The notes beneath the pieces are model-generated. The model ran no database searches, was not told the DNA's origin, and worked only from the letters and a program-made list of their open reading frames with translations. 64,000 nt of DNA. Origin: Spirochaetia bacterium. GTDB lineage: Bacteria; Spirochaetota; Spirochaetia; SZUA-6; Bin103. A program made the translations under genes and the position numbers. Location of the stretch: the NCBI GenBank assembly GCA_965208575.1, contig CBDBOV010000003.1, positions 704,001 through 768,000 of the forward strand, given 5' to 3'. Shown here piece by piece: positions 9,534-18,480 of this stretch (position 1 is its first letter; each line of letters starts with the position of its first letter).

Positions 9534-9676
9534 ATCCCGACATAGATCCAGTGAAGGAGGTTCGAATGATACTCAAGGAGCCGCACGCGCGCGCGGCGTG
9601 AGCCGGGGGTGAACCCGGATGAGTCACACCCCGCGCGCGTCACAAATCGACTCAGACCGGCCGCCGCCTTGGCGGG
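9534..9676 (+). ncRNA. Conserved structured leader element, copy A (candidate cis-regulatory RNA)
   Basis: About 80% identical by eye to the reverse complement of 33299-33446. Conserved pairings CACGC/GCGTG, CCGGG/CCCGG and GAGTC/GACTC. Confidence 0.55.
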
Positions 9677-9707
9677 CGCGAAAAACAAACCGACACAGGA
9701 GTTACGT

Positions 9708-11522
9708 ATGCAGATCGTAAAACTCACACGGACCTTCGCGGTTGCGTTGGTCCTCGTAATGACCGCGACCGGCCTGTGGGCCGGTGGCGACAGCGACAGC
9801 GCCGCCGCGCCCGCGGCGGCAGAGCGCGAGTTGGTGCGTGACCCCACCACCGGCAAGATGATCCTCGCACCGCGTTATGGCGGGACGTTCAGCTTCGCGG
9901 CTGTCGGCACGCCGCCGAGCGCCGACGTGTGGTACACCCACCACTCATACGAAGCCATCAACGGTGTCAACGAGACCCTCGCTTTGGGTGACTGGGGGCT
10001 GGACAGGAACGTGTTCGCGTTCAACAGCGACGTCATCCCGGTGTCGGCCATGAGGGGCCTCCTGGCTGAAAGCTGGACGCTGCCCGATGACCTTACCGTC
10101 GTGTTCACCATTCGCGACAACGTGTTCTGGCACGACAAGCCGCCGGTGAACGGGAGGAAGCTCACCGCCCATGACATCGCGTATAACTGGAACCGCTATT
10201 TCGGCCTCGACCAGTTCGCAGACCAGGGAATCTCGCCGGCGTTGGGGGGGACGCGGGAGGGGATGTTCGCGTCGTTCACCGCGACCGACGATCGGACCGT
10301 CGTGTTCAAGCTGGTCCAGCCGCGGTTGGATCCCGTATCCGATATCTTCAATATGATCAGTCGCGCGATCTACGCGCCAGAGGTCATCGACCAGTACGGC
10401 GACGCCCAGGACTGGCAAACCAACGTCGGTACCGGTCCCTACGACTTGGTCGAATGGGTAGAGGACAGCACGTTGGTCTGGAGGCGCGTGGACAACTACT
10501 GGGGGTTTGACGAGAAGTTTCCGGACAACCGCCTGCCCTACATCGACGAGGTGCGCTCGATAATCATCAAGGAACCGGCAGCTCGGATCGCGGCGATCCG
10601 TAGCAGGCAGGTCGATCACCTTGGCATCGCCGGCGGCACGATGATCAACGACATCGGACAGGTGAACAGACTGCGCGAGAGCAACCCGGAGCTGCAGTTC
10701 ACACCGCGGATGTACCGCTGCGAGACCTGTATCGGATTCAACACTACCAAGAAGCCGTTCGATGACATCAATGTCCGCCGCGCCATGCAGATGGCGTTGG
10801 ACCTCGAGACCATGAACAACGACTTCTTCCAAGGCCAGGCCCACTGGGTGCCCGAGGGCATTGTCGGCACCGGCAGCCTGCCCGGGTACTTCACCCCGTT
10901 CTCGGAGTGGCCGGAGGAGATCAAGCAGTACTATCGCTACGATCCCGAGCGCGCCGAGCAGCTCCTCGACGAGGCCGGCTACCCGCGCGGGGCCGACGGC
11001 GTCCGATTCAAGACGCACAATGACGTTTGGGAAGGCCGCGACCTACCCTTCTTCGAGCTGCAGAACGCTTACTGGCGGCAAATCGGGGTGGAGGTGGAGC
11101 TGCGGCCCCACGATGGCGCCACCTTCGTTCCGCTCATTCAAAGTTTGGCGTACGAGGGCATGTCGGGGCGCGAGACGGGTTACTTCATCGCGGACGCTAT
11201 CGGAATTTTGAAAAGCAATACCCATAGCACCTCCACCTGGAACGCTCCGGGTATCGACGACCCGAAGTTGGACGCGATGCTCGACGAGGCGAGCGCGGCG
11301 ACCGACAGGACCGAGCAGGCCAGACTGGGCAATGAAATCAACATGTACGTAATCGCCAACCACTGGTTCCTGTGGTCGCATCGCGTACCGCAGATGTTCG
11401 TGTACCAACCGTGGATCGTCGGCCACAGTGACGAGACTCTCTTGGGAGTCATGGAACGGGGGCCGGTGCAGTTTGCCCGACTGTGGATCGACCAGGAGTT
11501 GAAGGACCAGTATGTCAACTAA
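9708..11522 (+). CDS. ABC transporter substrate-binding protein, family 5 (SBP2)
   Basis: ATG after AGGAG; TATGLWAGG signal, WHDKPPVNGRKLTAHD, VGTGPY, LLDEAGYPRGADGVRFK. Confidence 0.93.
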   Translation: MQIVKLTRTFAVALVLVMTATGLWAGGDSDSAAAPAAAERELVRDPTTGKMILAPRYGGTFSFAAVGTPPSADVWYTHHSYEAINGVNETLALGDWGLDRNVFAFNSDVIPVSAMRGLLAESWTLPDDLTVVFTIRDNVFWHDKPPVNGRKLTAHDIAYNWNRYFGLDQFADQGISPALGGTREGMFASFTATDDRTVVFKLVQPRLDPVSDIFNMISRAIYAPEVIDQYGDAQDWQTNVGTGPYDLVEWVEDSTLVWRRVDNYWGFDEKFPDNRLPYIDEVRSIIIKEPAARIAAIRSRQVDHLGIAGGTMINDIGQVNRLRESNPELQFTPRMYRCETCIGFNTTKKPFDDINVRRAMQMALDLETMNNDFFQGQAHWVPEGIVGTGSLPGYFTPFSEWPEEIKQYYRYDPERAEQLLDEAGYPRGADGVRFKTHNDVWEGRDLPFFELQNAYWRQIGVEVELRPHDGATFVPLIQSLAYEGMSGRETGYFIADAIGILKSNTHSTSTWNAPGIDDPKLDAMLDEASAATDRTEQARLGNEINMYVIANHWFLWSHRVPQMFVYQPWIVGHSDETLLGVMERGPVQFARLWIDQELKDQYVN

Positions 11523-11562
11523 CCCTTCGCCGCCCTTCGCCGGCGCTGCGGCGTGACGAGGG

Positions 11563-11599
11563 TGCCGTGGGATGGTGGCTAGACTGCCATCCCACGGCA
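11563..11599 (+). terminator. Strong intergenic stem-loop between SBP2 and permease
   Basis: tgccgtgggatgg-N11-ccatcccacggca, a 13-bp perfect stem with no U-tract. Confidence 0.6.
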
Positions 11600-11612
11600 G
11601 TGTCGATAGCGC

Positions 11613-12569
11613 GTGCGAGCCTACCTCGTCCGCAGACTGCTGCTGATCATTCCGACTCTCTTCATACTCAGCGCGATGGTGTTCCTGTCCGTGCGCTTCA
11701 TCCCCGGCGACGTCATCGACGCGCTGGAAGGACGCATGAGCTACCTCGCCGAGCCCCTCGACCGCGATGCTATGGAGCGAATACTCGGACTCGACCAACC
11801 GGTGGCCGTTCAGTACGTTCGCTGGCTGTCGGACATCTTCCTGCGCGGCACGCTGGGCAAGTCTCTGCTGGGCAACCTCACCGTGGAGGCGAAGATCTGG
11901 GCTCGTGTCGGGCCGACGCTGCAACTGGGCCTGATGGCGCTGTTCATCGCCCTGGTTGTTGCTCTTCCCGTCGGTGTCTACTCGGCCATCCGCCAGGACA
12001 CCGCGGCAGATTACGCGAGCCGGACGGTCGCCGTTCTGGGGCTGGCAACGCCGAACTTCTGGCTGGCGATCATGGTCATCATCTTCCCTGCGCTGTGGTG
12101 GGACTGGTCGCCGCCCGTACTCATGGTGAGGTTCGTGGATGATCCCTGGAGGAGCCTCGGGATGTTCTTGATCCCGAGCATCATCCTCGGCACCTCTCTC
12201 TCGGCCGGCACCATGCGCTTTACCCGTACGATGATGTTGGAGGTGCTGCGGCAGGATTACGTGCGTACCGCGTGGGCCAAGGGCCTCAGGGAGCGACTGG
12301 TCGTCGTGCGCCACGCCATCAAGAACGCGATGATCCCGGTGGTGTCCGCAATCGGCCTGGGGCTGCCGATCCTGGTGGGCGGCTCGGTCATCATCGAGAA
12401 CATCTACAACATCCCGGGCATGGGCCAGCTGCTCCTGGTGGCGCTGCAGGATCGAGATTACCCGGTCGTCTCGGGCATAAACCTGTTCTTCGGCACCAGC
12501 GTGATCCTGATCAACCTGCTCATCGACCTGATCTATGTCTATCTCGACCCCCGAGTCCGCTACCACTAA
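11613..12569 (+). CDS. ABC permease, DppB/OppB-like
   Basis: YLVRRLLLIIPTL, RTMMLEVLRQDYVRTAWAKGL (EAA loop), YLDPRVRY. Confidence 0.95.
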   Translation: MRAYLVRRLLLIIPTLFILSAMVFLSVRFIPGDVIDALEGRMSYLAEPLDRDAMERILGLDQPVAVQYVRWLSDIFLRGTLGKSLLGNLTVEAKIWARVGPTLQLGLMALFIALVVALPVGVYSAIRQDTAADYASRTVAVLGLATPNFWLAIMVIIFPALWWDWSPPVLMVRFVDDPWRSLGMFLIPSIILGTSLSAGTMRFTRTMMLEVLRQDYVRTAWAKGLRERLVVVRHAIKNAMIPVVSAIGLGLPILVGGSVIIENIYNIPGMGQLLLVALQDRDYPVVSGINLFFGTSVILINLLIDLIYVYLDPRVRYH

Positions 12570-12570
12570 C

Positions 12571-13539
12571 GTGGTAACGAGCAAGCCGGCGACCAGCGGG
12601 CCGGCCACGCGCCGGCGCTCGCCGTTCGTCCTCTTTTTCGGACGACTCATCAAGGAAAAACCGCTCGGCGCGGTCAGCGCGGCCGTCGTCGTGATCCTGG
12701 TCCTGATGAGTGTCTTTGCCGGCGCACTGGCTCCGTACGACATCGAGGACTTCAACGCCAAGGATCGCCTGCAGGGCCCATCCGCTGCGCACCCACTGGG
12801 CACCGACCACCTCGGCCGTGACCTCCTGACTCGGATCCTCTTCGGGGGCCGTCTGTCGCTGTTCGTGGGCCTGAGCGCGACCGCGGTCAACGTTCTTGTG
12901 GCGCTGTTGGTGGGAGGTGTCTCGGGCTACGTCGGCGGGAGGGTCGATATCGTGGTACAACGGTTCGTGGATGCCTGGATGGCGTTCCCGGGGCTACTGC
13001 TGTTGTTGACGATCATGTCCATCGTCGGCCGTGGGGTGCCGCAGGTCATCCTCGTGCTCGGCGTCACCGGCGGCATTGCCGGCTCACGGGTGGTGCGCGG
13101 GGCCGTCATTGGCGTGCGCGAGAACACGTATTTCCAGGCCGCGCAGACCGTCGGCAGCCCGCTCGGCAGGACGGTCGTGCGCCATGTGATACCCAACATC
13201 GCGCCGGTGCTGATCGTCATCTTCAGCATCAACATCGGCGGCGTCATCATCAGCGAGGCATCCTTGAGCTTTCTCGGCTTCGGGCTGCCGATCGAGGTAC
13301 CGAGCTGGGGTGGCCTCCTGAGCCGCGAGGGGCGCACCTTCATGGAGCAGGCGCCACATCTGGCAGTGTGGCCGGGACTGTTTCTCACCATTACGGTATA
13401 CAGCCTGAACAACCTCGGCGACGCCGTACGCGACCTGCTCGATCCGCGGCTCCGGGGAGAAGCGGGACGCTACGAGCGGGTGGCGCCCAAACCGTCGCGA
13501 GCGGTGCGTCCGGCCGACGCACGCTCCGGCAACCCTTGA
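12571..13539 (+). CDS. ABC permease, DppC/OppC-like
   Basis: HPLGTDHLGRDLLTR, EASLSFLGFG, LGDAVRDLLDPR. GTG start 1 nt after the dppB stop. Confidence 0.93.
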   Translation: MVTSKPATSGPATRRRSPFVLFFGRLIKEKPLGAVSAAVVVILVLMSVFAGALAPYDIEDFNAKDRLQGPSAAHPLGTDHLGRDLLTRILFGGRLSLFVGLSATAVNVLVALLVGGVSGYVGGRVDIVVQRFVDAWMAFPGLLLLLTIMSIVGRGVPQVILVLGVTGGIAGSRVVRGAVIGVRENTYFQAAQTVGSPLGRTVVRHVIPNIAPVLIVIFSINIGGVIISEASLSFLGFGLPIEVPSWGGLLSREGRTFMEQAPHLAVWPGLFLTITVYSLNNLGDAVRDLLDPRLRGEAGRYERVAPKPSRAVRPADARSGNP

Positions 13540-13586
13540 CGACGCGAAACCACGGCATGCGCGTTGATGCTGGCCTGCCGTCTGCT

Positions 13587-14588
13587 TCAGCCGGGATCGA
13601 CGGCGGCGCGCAGGGCGCGCACGTTCGCCTCGGGAACGGCGGCAGCGTAGGTGCAGCCCGTCCCCAACATCCAGCGCGAGCCGGTCATCGCGCCGACGTG
13701 CTCTTGCACCTGCGCCGCCACCTCGTGCGGTGTGCCCTCGCCGAGGAGCGTGCCGTGGGAGACGCCCCCGACCACACACTTGCCGGTCAGGCGCGCCCCC
13801 TCGGCCAGCGACGGGTTGGTTTGGTCCTGACTGTCCCAGTTGAGTGCGGCCACCGGGTAGTCGGCGAAGGCCGCCAGCATGTTGTTGCTGCGGCACACGT
13901 GCAGAAGGTGGAACTCGGCGCCGTCGAGTGCCTGCAGGAAGCGCAGGTCGTAGGGGCGCGCCACCTCGCGGTACTCTGCCTCGCTCCAGGCATCGCGGGT
14001 CGCCCAGCCGGTGGTGGCAAAGAACGTACCGCTGGCCCCGATAGCCAGACATTCGCGGCCGAACTCGATGAAGGTATCCGTGATGCGCTGCAGGGCGTCC
14101 TGCACCCGCCGCGTATCGTGGCGCAGGTAGCGCAACATCGCATCCGGCGATCCCGCCAGCCGCTCGGCAATCGACAACGGAGTGAAAACAGTCATGAGGT
14201 AGGGCACCTGCCCGGCAAGGCCGGCCGCGATGCGCCGCAGCGCCTCCAACTGCTCACCCAGTACGCCGCGCGTAACCTCCAGCGGCTTGACCGCATCCCA
14301 ATCCTCCGCCCGCGTGACCGGCCAGCGCTCGACGCTCGGGCCCTCCGCGTCGCTGTCACTGAAGCGCATCTCTACTCCCCAGTCCTCGACGTGGTAGCTG
14401 GCACGAGGATTCACTTTCATGAAATCCCACTCATATTCGCGCTGAAACCGGAGCATCGCCTCGGCCAGGTCTTCCGCGGTGTTTTCCTGGCTGTAGAAGT
14501 GGCGCCACGCACTGATCGGAGGCCGGTCCACCGACTGCCCGTTCAGCGCCGCCGCTACCCGCTCCCGGTGCGTCATTGGCGCTGCCAT
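13587..14588 (-). CDS. Uroporphyrinogen decarboxylase (URO-D) family protein
   Basis: MTHRERVAAAL..VDRPPISAWRHF, TVFTPLS, LLHVC, MLGTGC. Confidence 0.85.
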   Translation of the reverse strand: MAAPMTHRERVAAALNGQSVDRPPISAWRHFYSQENTAEDLAEAMLRFQREYEWDFMKVNPRASYHVEDWGVEMRFSDSDAEGPSVERWPVTRAEDWDAVKPLEVTRGVLGEQLEALRRIAAGLAGQVPYLMTVFTPLSIAERLAGSPDAMLRYLRHDTRRVQDALQRITDTFIEFGRECLAIGASGTFFATTGWATRDAWSEAEYREVARPYDLRFLQALDGAEFHLLHVCRSNNMLAAFADYPVAALNWDSQDQTNPSLAEGARLTGKCVVGGVSHGTLLGEGTPHEVAAQVQEHVGAMTGSRWMLGTGCTYAAAVPEANVRALRAAVDPG

Positions 14589-14685
14589 CGACGACCCCCC
14601 TCTCCGACATCTCCGATCAACAATCCGCACCTCCCGCGCATCTCTGAGGTTCCCCTACCATAGCTCATCGGGTCGCACAAAGCGA

Positions 14686-14829
14686 TCACGAGGTGCTGGC
14701 GCGGAACGAGTAGAGGTGGGCGTCCTGGATCTTGCAGAGTGGTCGGATGCGCCTGCCTGCCGGCTCGCGGGCGGAGCGGCCCTCCCGCCAGGTGACCGGG
14801 TGCACGCACAGCTTGTCGCGGTCCGGCAT
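14686..14829 (-). pseudogene. Extreme C-terminal fragment of a glycosidase-like (beta-propeller family) protein
   Basis: PDRDKLCVHPVTWREGRSAREPAGRRIRPLCKIQDAHLYSFRASTS* resembles the 'V.W....L.G+.+RLRF.+.DA.LYSF' tail of that family. Confidence 0.55.
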
Positions 14830-14851
14830 CGACCAGCCTACGGGCATCTCT

Positions 14852-15295
14852 TCAGGCTACCGGTTCGACCACTTCCAATCCCGCCAGGCGGGCGGCCGCA
14901 CACTGGCGGTGGTCGAAGGACACCAAGCCGGTGACGCCCAGGCTGAGCGCCGCGGCGACGTGGAGCAGATCGATGGTCCGCGTACCGACGGTTGTGCTCG
15001 TGGTGCCGGAGAGGCGTTCGGCCTCCTCCTTCACCAGTCGCCAATCGAACGCGCCACGGATCAGCCGGCGCCGGGCAATGTCGCCGGCCAGCATCGCCAT
15101 CGACGCAGTCAGTTGCTCGGCGTCGAGTTCGGAGCGGAAACGCTTCAGGCGCAGCGCATTGCGGATCTCGAGCTCATGCAGGCCATTGACCGTGATCGCC
15201 TCGCCTCGGCGGGCGACGAACGCCGTAACGGCATCGCTCATCTGTTCGCGGACGTAGAGCTTTACCAGTACGCCGGAGTCGTAATACAGGCTCAC
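14852..15295 (-). CDS. vapC: VapC/PIN-domain toxin 1
   Basis: YYDSGVLVKLYVRE...RTIDLLHVAAA...VSFDHRQ; GTGA overlap with the antitoxin stop. Confidence 0.9.
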   Translation of the reverse strand: MSLYYDSGVLVKLYVREQMSDAVTAFVARRGEAITVNGLHELEIRNALRLKRFRSELDAEQLTASMAMLAGDIARRRLIRGAFDWRLVKEEAERLSGTTSTTVGTRTIDLLHVAAALSLGVTGLVSFDHRQCAAARLAGLEVVEPVA

Positions 15296-15537
15296 CGTTC
15301 GCCGCGACCATCGGCAATCAGATCCGCGGCTGCGATGCCGCCGACGGGCTCGGGGTAGGCTTGCCGCAGGCGACCCGCGGCGTGGCTCCAGTCCGCGGGC
15401 TGTGCGACCACCCGCAACGGAACGATTCGCGCCACCGGACGGCCGCGCCGCACGATCTCGATCTCCTCGCCGCCTTCGACCTCGGCAAGCACGGCAGCGA
15501 GCCGGTGCTGGATGTGCCGCACGTTGAGCGACTTCAT
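15292..15537 (-). CDS. Phd/YefM-family antitoxin 1
   Basis: LNVRHIQHRLAAVLAEVEGGEEIEIVRRGRPVARIVP. Confidence 0.92.
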   Translation of the reverse strand: MKSLNVRHIQHRLAAVLAEVEGGEEIEIVRRGRPVARIVPLRVVAQPADWSHAAGRLRQAYPEPVGGIAAADLIADGRGER

Positions 15538-15573
15538 GTATTACAGAATGCCTAACTTGCCGGTCTTCGTCAA
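15538..15573 (-). promoter_or_regulatory. Leaderless sigma70 promoter of phd-vapC 1
   Basis: TTGACG-N17-CATTCT-N7-ATG. Confidence 0.65.
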
Positions 15574-15674
15574 CACGACGGGCCGCCGCGGGTGGGAACG
15601 CCGAGTCGTCTTCGCCCACCCCCTGGTCCACCGTCGCCGCGCTGCCCGACTACCTCCGAAAGGAGTCCGCGCCG

Positions 15675-16382
15675 GTGGGGGACAGAGAGGGGCACACCAC
15701 TTCGCTGGCGAAGCGCCACTCGGTCACCGGGCACGGCTGCGCGTCACGGGCGGCGGCGCCGAACAGCGGTGCGCACACCACTTCGCCAGCGAAGTGCCGA
15801 TCCGAAGCCCAACCCGGGCGCAGGCCGCACGCGGTGGCACGGAACGGCACCGGTCCGGCGGTTTCGGCGGCGAAGCGGGACACGGAGGCCGAGCGCGGCG
15901 GCCCGAAGTCCGCGCCGGTGCGGGACACGGTCCGGCGCTCGGAGTCGGCGGCGAAGCGGCTTGCGTACGCCGCCGGGCATGGCGCGGTGGGGCCGGCGGA
16001 GCGTTCGCCGGCAGTGGAGCGGCACCTTGCCGCGTTGCGCAGCCTCGGCGCGGTGCCGGGCTCCCGGTCGCGGTACATCCCGGTAGCGGTGAAGCGGGAG
16101 GTGTGGCGCCGCGACCAGGGTTGTTGCACCTATGTCGACCGCCGCAGCGGGCGGCGCTGCGGCTCCCGCTATCGGCTGGAGATCGACCACATCGTGCCGT
16201 TCGCGCTCGGCGGCGGCGCGGAGCCGCGGAATCTGACGCTCCATTGTCGAGCGCACCACAGGTTGCGCCACGCTCAGCGCCATGCTCACGCCGAGAGTGT
16301 GCCGAATGAAGCCCGGCGCGCTCCGGTCTCCGCGGTCGATCCGAACGAACACGGGCGCACCGTCGGATCGCAGGCGGTGTAA
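15675..16382 (+). CDS. HNH endonuclease, probably N-terminally truncated, with repetitive linker
   Basis: SRYIPVAVKREVWRRDQGCCTY...CGSRYRLEIDHIVPFALGG...NLTLHCRAHH. Linker repeats HTTS(L/P)AK are encoded by palindromes at 15698-15715 and 15779-15796. Confidence 0.8.
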   Translation: MGDREGHTTSLAKRHSVTGHGCASRAAAPNSGAHTTSPAKCRSEAQPGRRPHAVARNGTGPAVSAAKRDTEAERGGPKSAPVRDTVRRSESAAKRLAYAAGHGAVGPAERSPAVERHLAALRSLGAVPGSRSRYIPVAVKREVWRRDQGCCTYVDRRSGRRCGSRYRLEIDHIVPFALGGGAEPRNLTLHCRAHHRLRHAQRHAHAESVPNEARRAPVSAVDPNEHGRTVGSQAV

Positions 16383-16574
16383 GGCCGCGCTCCATCGCGC
16401 CGCCGATCCAGCTCGCCAGTCCCCGGATGTTCGCATCCGTGCCATCGAGCGGGTAGACCATGCTGCAATGACCTGCGTACCGCTTTCCGCGTTCGCACCC
16501 GCCGCCGCCGCAACGCCGCGAGGCGACGGCTTCGGGGCGCTACTTCGCGGGCCAGCAGCCGGCGACGCGGCGCC

Positions 16575-16970
16575 CACGACACCGGCTTCGGCCGCGGCGC
16601 CGCCTACGGCGACTTCGACGGCGACGGCTGCCTGGACCTGTACCTGGTCAACATCGGCGAACTCAAAGGCCGCCCCGGCGTCGCCCGGCTGTTCCACAAC
16701 AACTGCACCACCGCTGGCTCACCCGTGGGCACCCGCGGCAACCGCGACGGCATCGGCGCCACCATCACCATCTCTGCCGCGGGAAGCACGCAACGCCGCA
16801 CCGTCACCGCCGGCAGCCAGATGTCGCAAAACATGCTGGTGGCCCGCTTCGGCCTGGGCACCGCTGAGCACGTGGACACCCTTACCGTACGCCGGCCCAG
16901 CGGCCGGTCAAGCAACCTGAGCAACGTGGCCGCGAACCAGATGCTGATCGTGACCGAGCCCGACGGTTAG
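16575..16970 (+). pseudogene. C-terminal fragment of a CRTAC1-like FG-GAP + ASPIC/UnbV protein
   Basis: GFGRGAAYGDFDGDGCLDLYLVN...LFHNN...NRDGIGATI...SQNMLVARFGLG...NVAANQ; no start codon upstream of the FG-GAP motif. Confidence 0.8.
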
Positions 16971-17911
16971 CGCCTGGCTGTCAGCCGGCGCAGGAAGTCG
17001 GTCTCGTCCCGACACTCTAGCGCGGCTTGCACCAGTGTCGCCGTGGCGACGTCCTGCAGCTCCGCCAAGCGCCGGGGCAAAGCCGCCGACACCGCCAAGG
17101 TGCGGGTGCTGAACACTTGCAGTACCACCGCACGTTGCGCTTCCGCCCGGCTCTCCAAGCGCTCTGCGCGCAGCAACGGATCGTCATCCGGCCCCGTGCC
17201 CTCCGCTGCACCCAGCGTCCGGCCCACCCGGCGCAGCGCCGCCGTGGTGGCGGCCGACAACTCCCGCTCGTTCAACGCCCGGTGAATCTCGTCCGCCGTC
17301 CAGCCCGGGAAGGCCCGGCTGGTCGGAGCCGTGCGGAAACCCCGCTCCTCCAGCAGGTGAATCGTCAGGCCGGGACGCAGTCCCGCCGGACGGCTCGGCG
17401 ACGGCGTGTCAGGCACTTCCACCCACAGTTCCGGGAAGCCCCACGACTCGTACAGGGCGAACTTGCCGCGGCGCACGTCGGTGGTGTTGTCCACCTCCAG
17501 CACCACGCCGGGGAGAACGTCGCTGCCCACCTCGATTGCCGGTCCCCACGGTCGCATCGAGCGCGGGCGCAGGTACACGGTCTGGTCGGCCTGCATGATG
17601 CGCAGGTGCGCACCCTGTGTGTCGCGCACCACGAGGTCGCTCGCCCCGAAGGTCTCGATCGGCGAGCCGCGCACGTGGGCTATCGTCTTGAGCAGCCCCG
17701 CCAGGCGCTGCGGCGGATGTTCGTGGTAGATGCTGACCGGCTCGCACACCATCGCGACCTCGGTGTGGGCGTCCCAGTACTCGATGCGGCCTTCGTAGTC
17801 GGCGATTGCCTCGCGCGAGATACGGACGGGCCGGCAGCCCGGGAACTCCAGCGACTCCGGTTCACTCTCCGGAGCCGGCAGCGGCACCACGCCGACGCTG
17901 TATCGCGCCAT
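16967..17911 (-). CDS. Uma2-family endonuclease-like protein, copy 2
   Basis: Close paralogue of 6317-7312 (EFPGCRPVRISR...VVLEVDNTTDVRRGKFALYESWGFPELW). Confidence 0.85.
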   Translation of the reverse strand: MARYSVGVVPLPAPESEPESLEFPGCRPVRISREAIADYEGRIEYWDAHTEVAMVCEPVSIYHEHPPQRLAGLLKTIAHVRGSPIETFGASDLVVRDTQGAHLRIMQADQTVYLRPRSMRPWGPAIEVGSDVLPGVVLEVDNTTDVRRGKFALYESWGFPELWVEVPDTPSPSRPAGLRPGLTIHLLEERGFRTAPTSRAFPGWTADEIHRALNERELSAATTAALRRVGRTLGAAEGTGPDDDPLLRAERLESRAEAQRAVVLQVFSTRTLAVSAALPRRLAELQDVATATLVQAALECRDETDFLRRLTARR

Positions 17912-17944
17912 GGCCCTGATCCTACCACACCGCGGCCCGCCGCA

Positions 17945-18034
17945 CGAGAACACGGCGCGAATCCCGTACTCGTGTAGTTTCACGACGGCTTCAAGCATTG
18001 GACGCCCGTCATCGTCGAAATACCCCTGAAGCAT
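17945..18034 (-). pseudogene. N-terminal remnant of a clan AA aspartyl-protease-like gene
   Basis: MLQGYFDDDGRPMLEAVVKL, truncated before any DTG motif. It directly follows the DUF5678-like stop (TAG-ATG). Confidence 0.5.
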
Positions 18035-18181
18035 CTACAGGATCATCAGTTTGGGATCTGGATCGAGGTACCTGATGACCATCTTGCCGCGGGGGATGTT
18101 CTTCTCGTCGGCCGCTTCAAGCACGCCATCAAGGCTGTCCGCCAGCGCGGCCACCCTTCCGTTGTGAAACGCGACCCACGC
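18035..18181 (-). pseudogene. C-terminal remnant of a DUF5678-like small protein
   Basis: AWVAFHNGRVAALADSLDGVLEAADEKNIPRGKMVIRYLDPDPKLMIL*, no start codon. Confidence 0.55.
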
Positions 18182-18201
18182 GCACCCCCTGGGAGAAGAG
18201 C

Positions 18202-18415
18202 GTGTCGGTGCCGTTGGCGGTTCGCCTGCCTCAGGGGCGCTGCGGCGGCAGTGTCTGTGACGCGCTGGTGGCGCCGGAGGACCTGTTCCCGACGCTGTGT
18301 GGTCTGTGCGGCATCGACGTGCCGCGGACGGTCAGGGGGGCGCAACCAAGCGGAGGTCTGGCTGGGGCATGCCGGCGCGGCCGAGCGGCAGGCACTGTTC
18401 ACCTACTGCATCGCA
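18202..18415 (+). pseudogene. Internal sulfatase fragment with a frameshift
   Basis: VPLAVRLP...DALVAPEDLFPTLCGLCGIDVPRTVRG, then in another frame RNQAEVWLGHAGAAERQA. Confidence 0.7.
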
Positions 18416-18444
18416 GGTACTCGGTGGCCGGCTGCATGGTGTCG

Positions 18445-18480
18445 TTGACTTAGTCAGAACTAAGTCATATCCTGGTGGGA
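18445..18480 (+). promoter_or_regulatory. Leaderless promoter with palindromic operator for phd-vapC 2
   Basis: TTGACT-N17-TATCCT-N7-GTG. Perfect inverted repeat TGACTTAGT-caga-ACTAAGTCA (18446-18467) covers the -35 box and spacer. Confidence 0.8.

Noticed and set aside
9556-9575. GGTTCGAAT as a tRNA T-arm
   Set aside because: No cloverleaf, D-arm, acceptor stem or CCA around it; kept only as part of the conserved leader.
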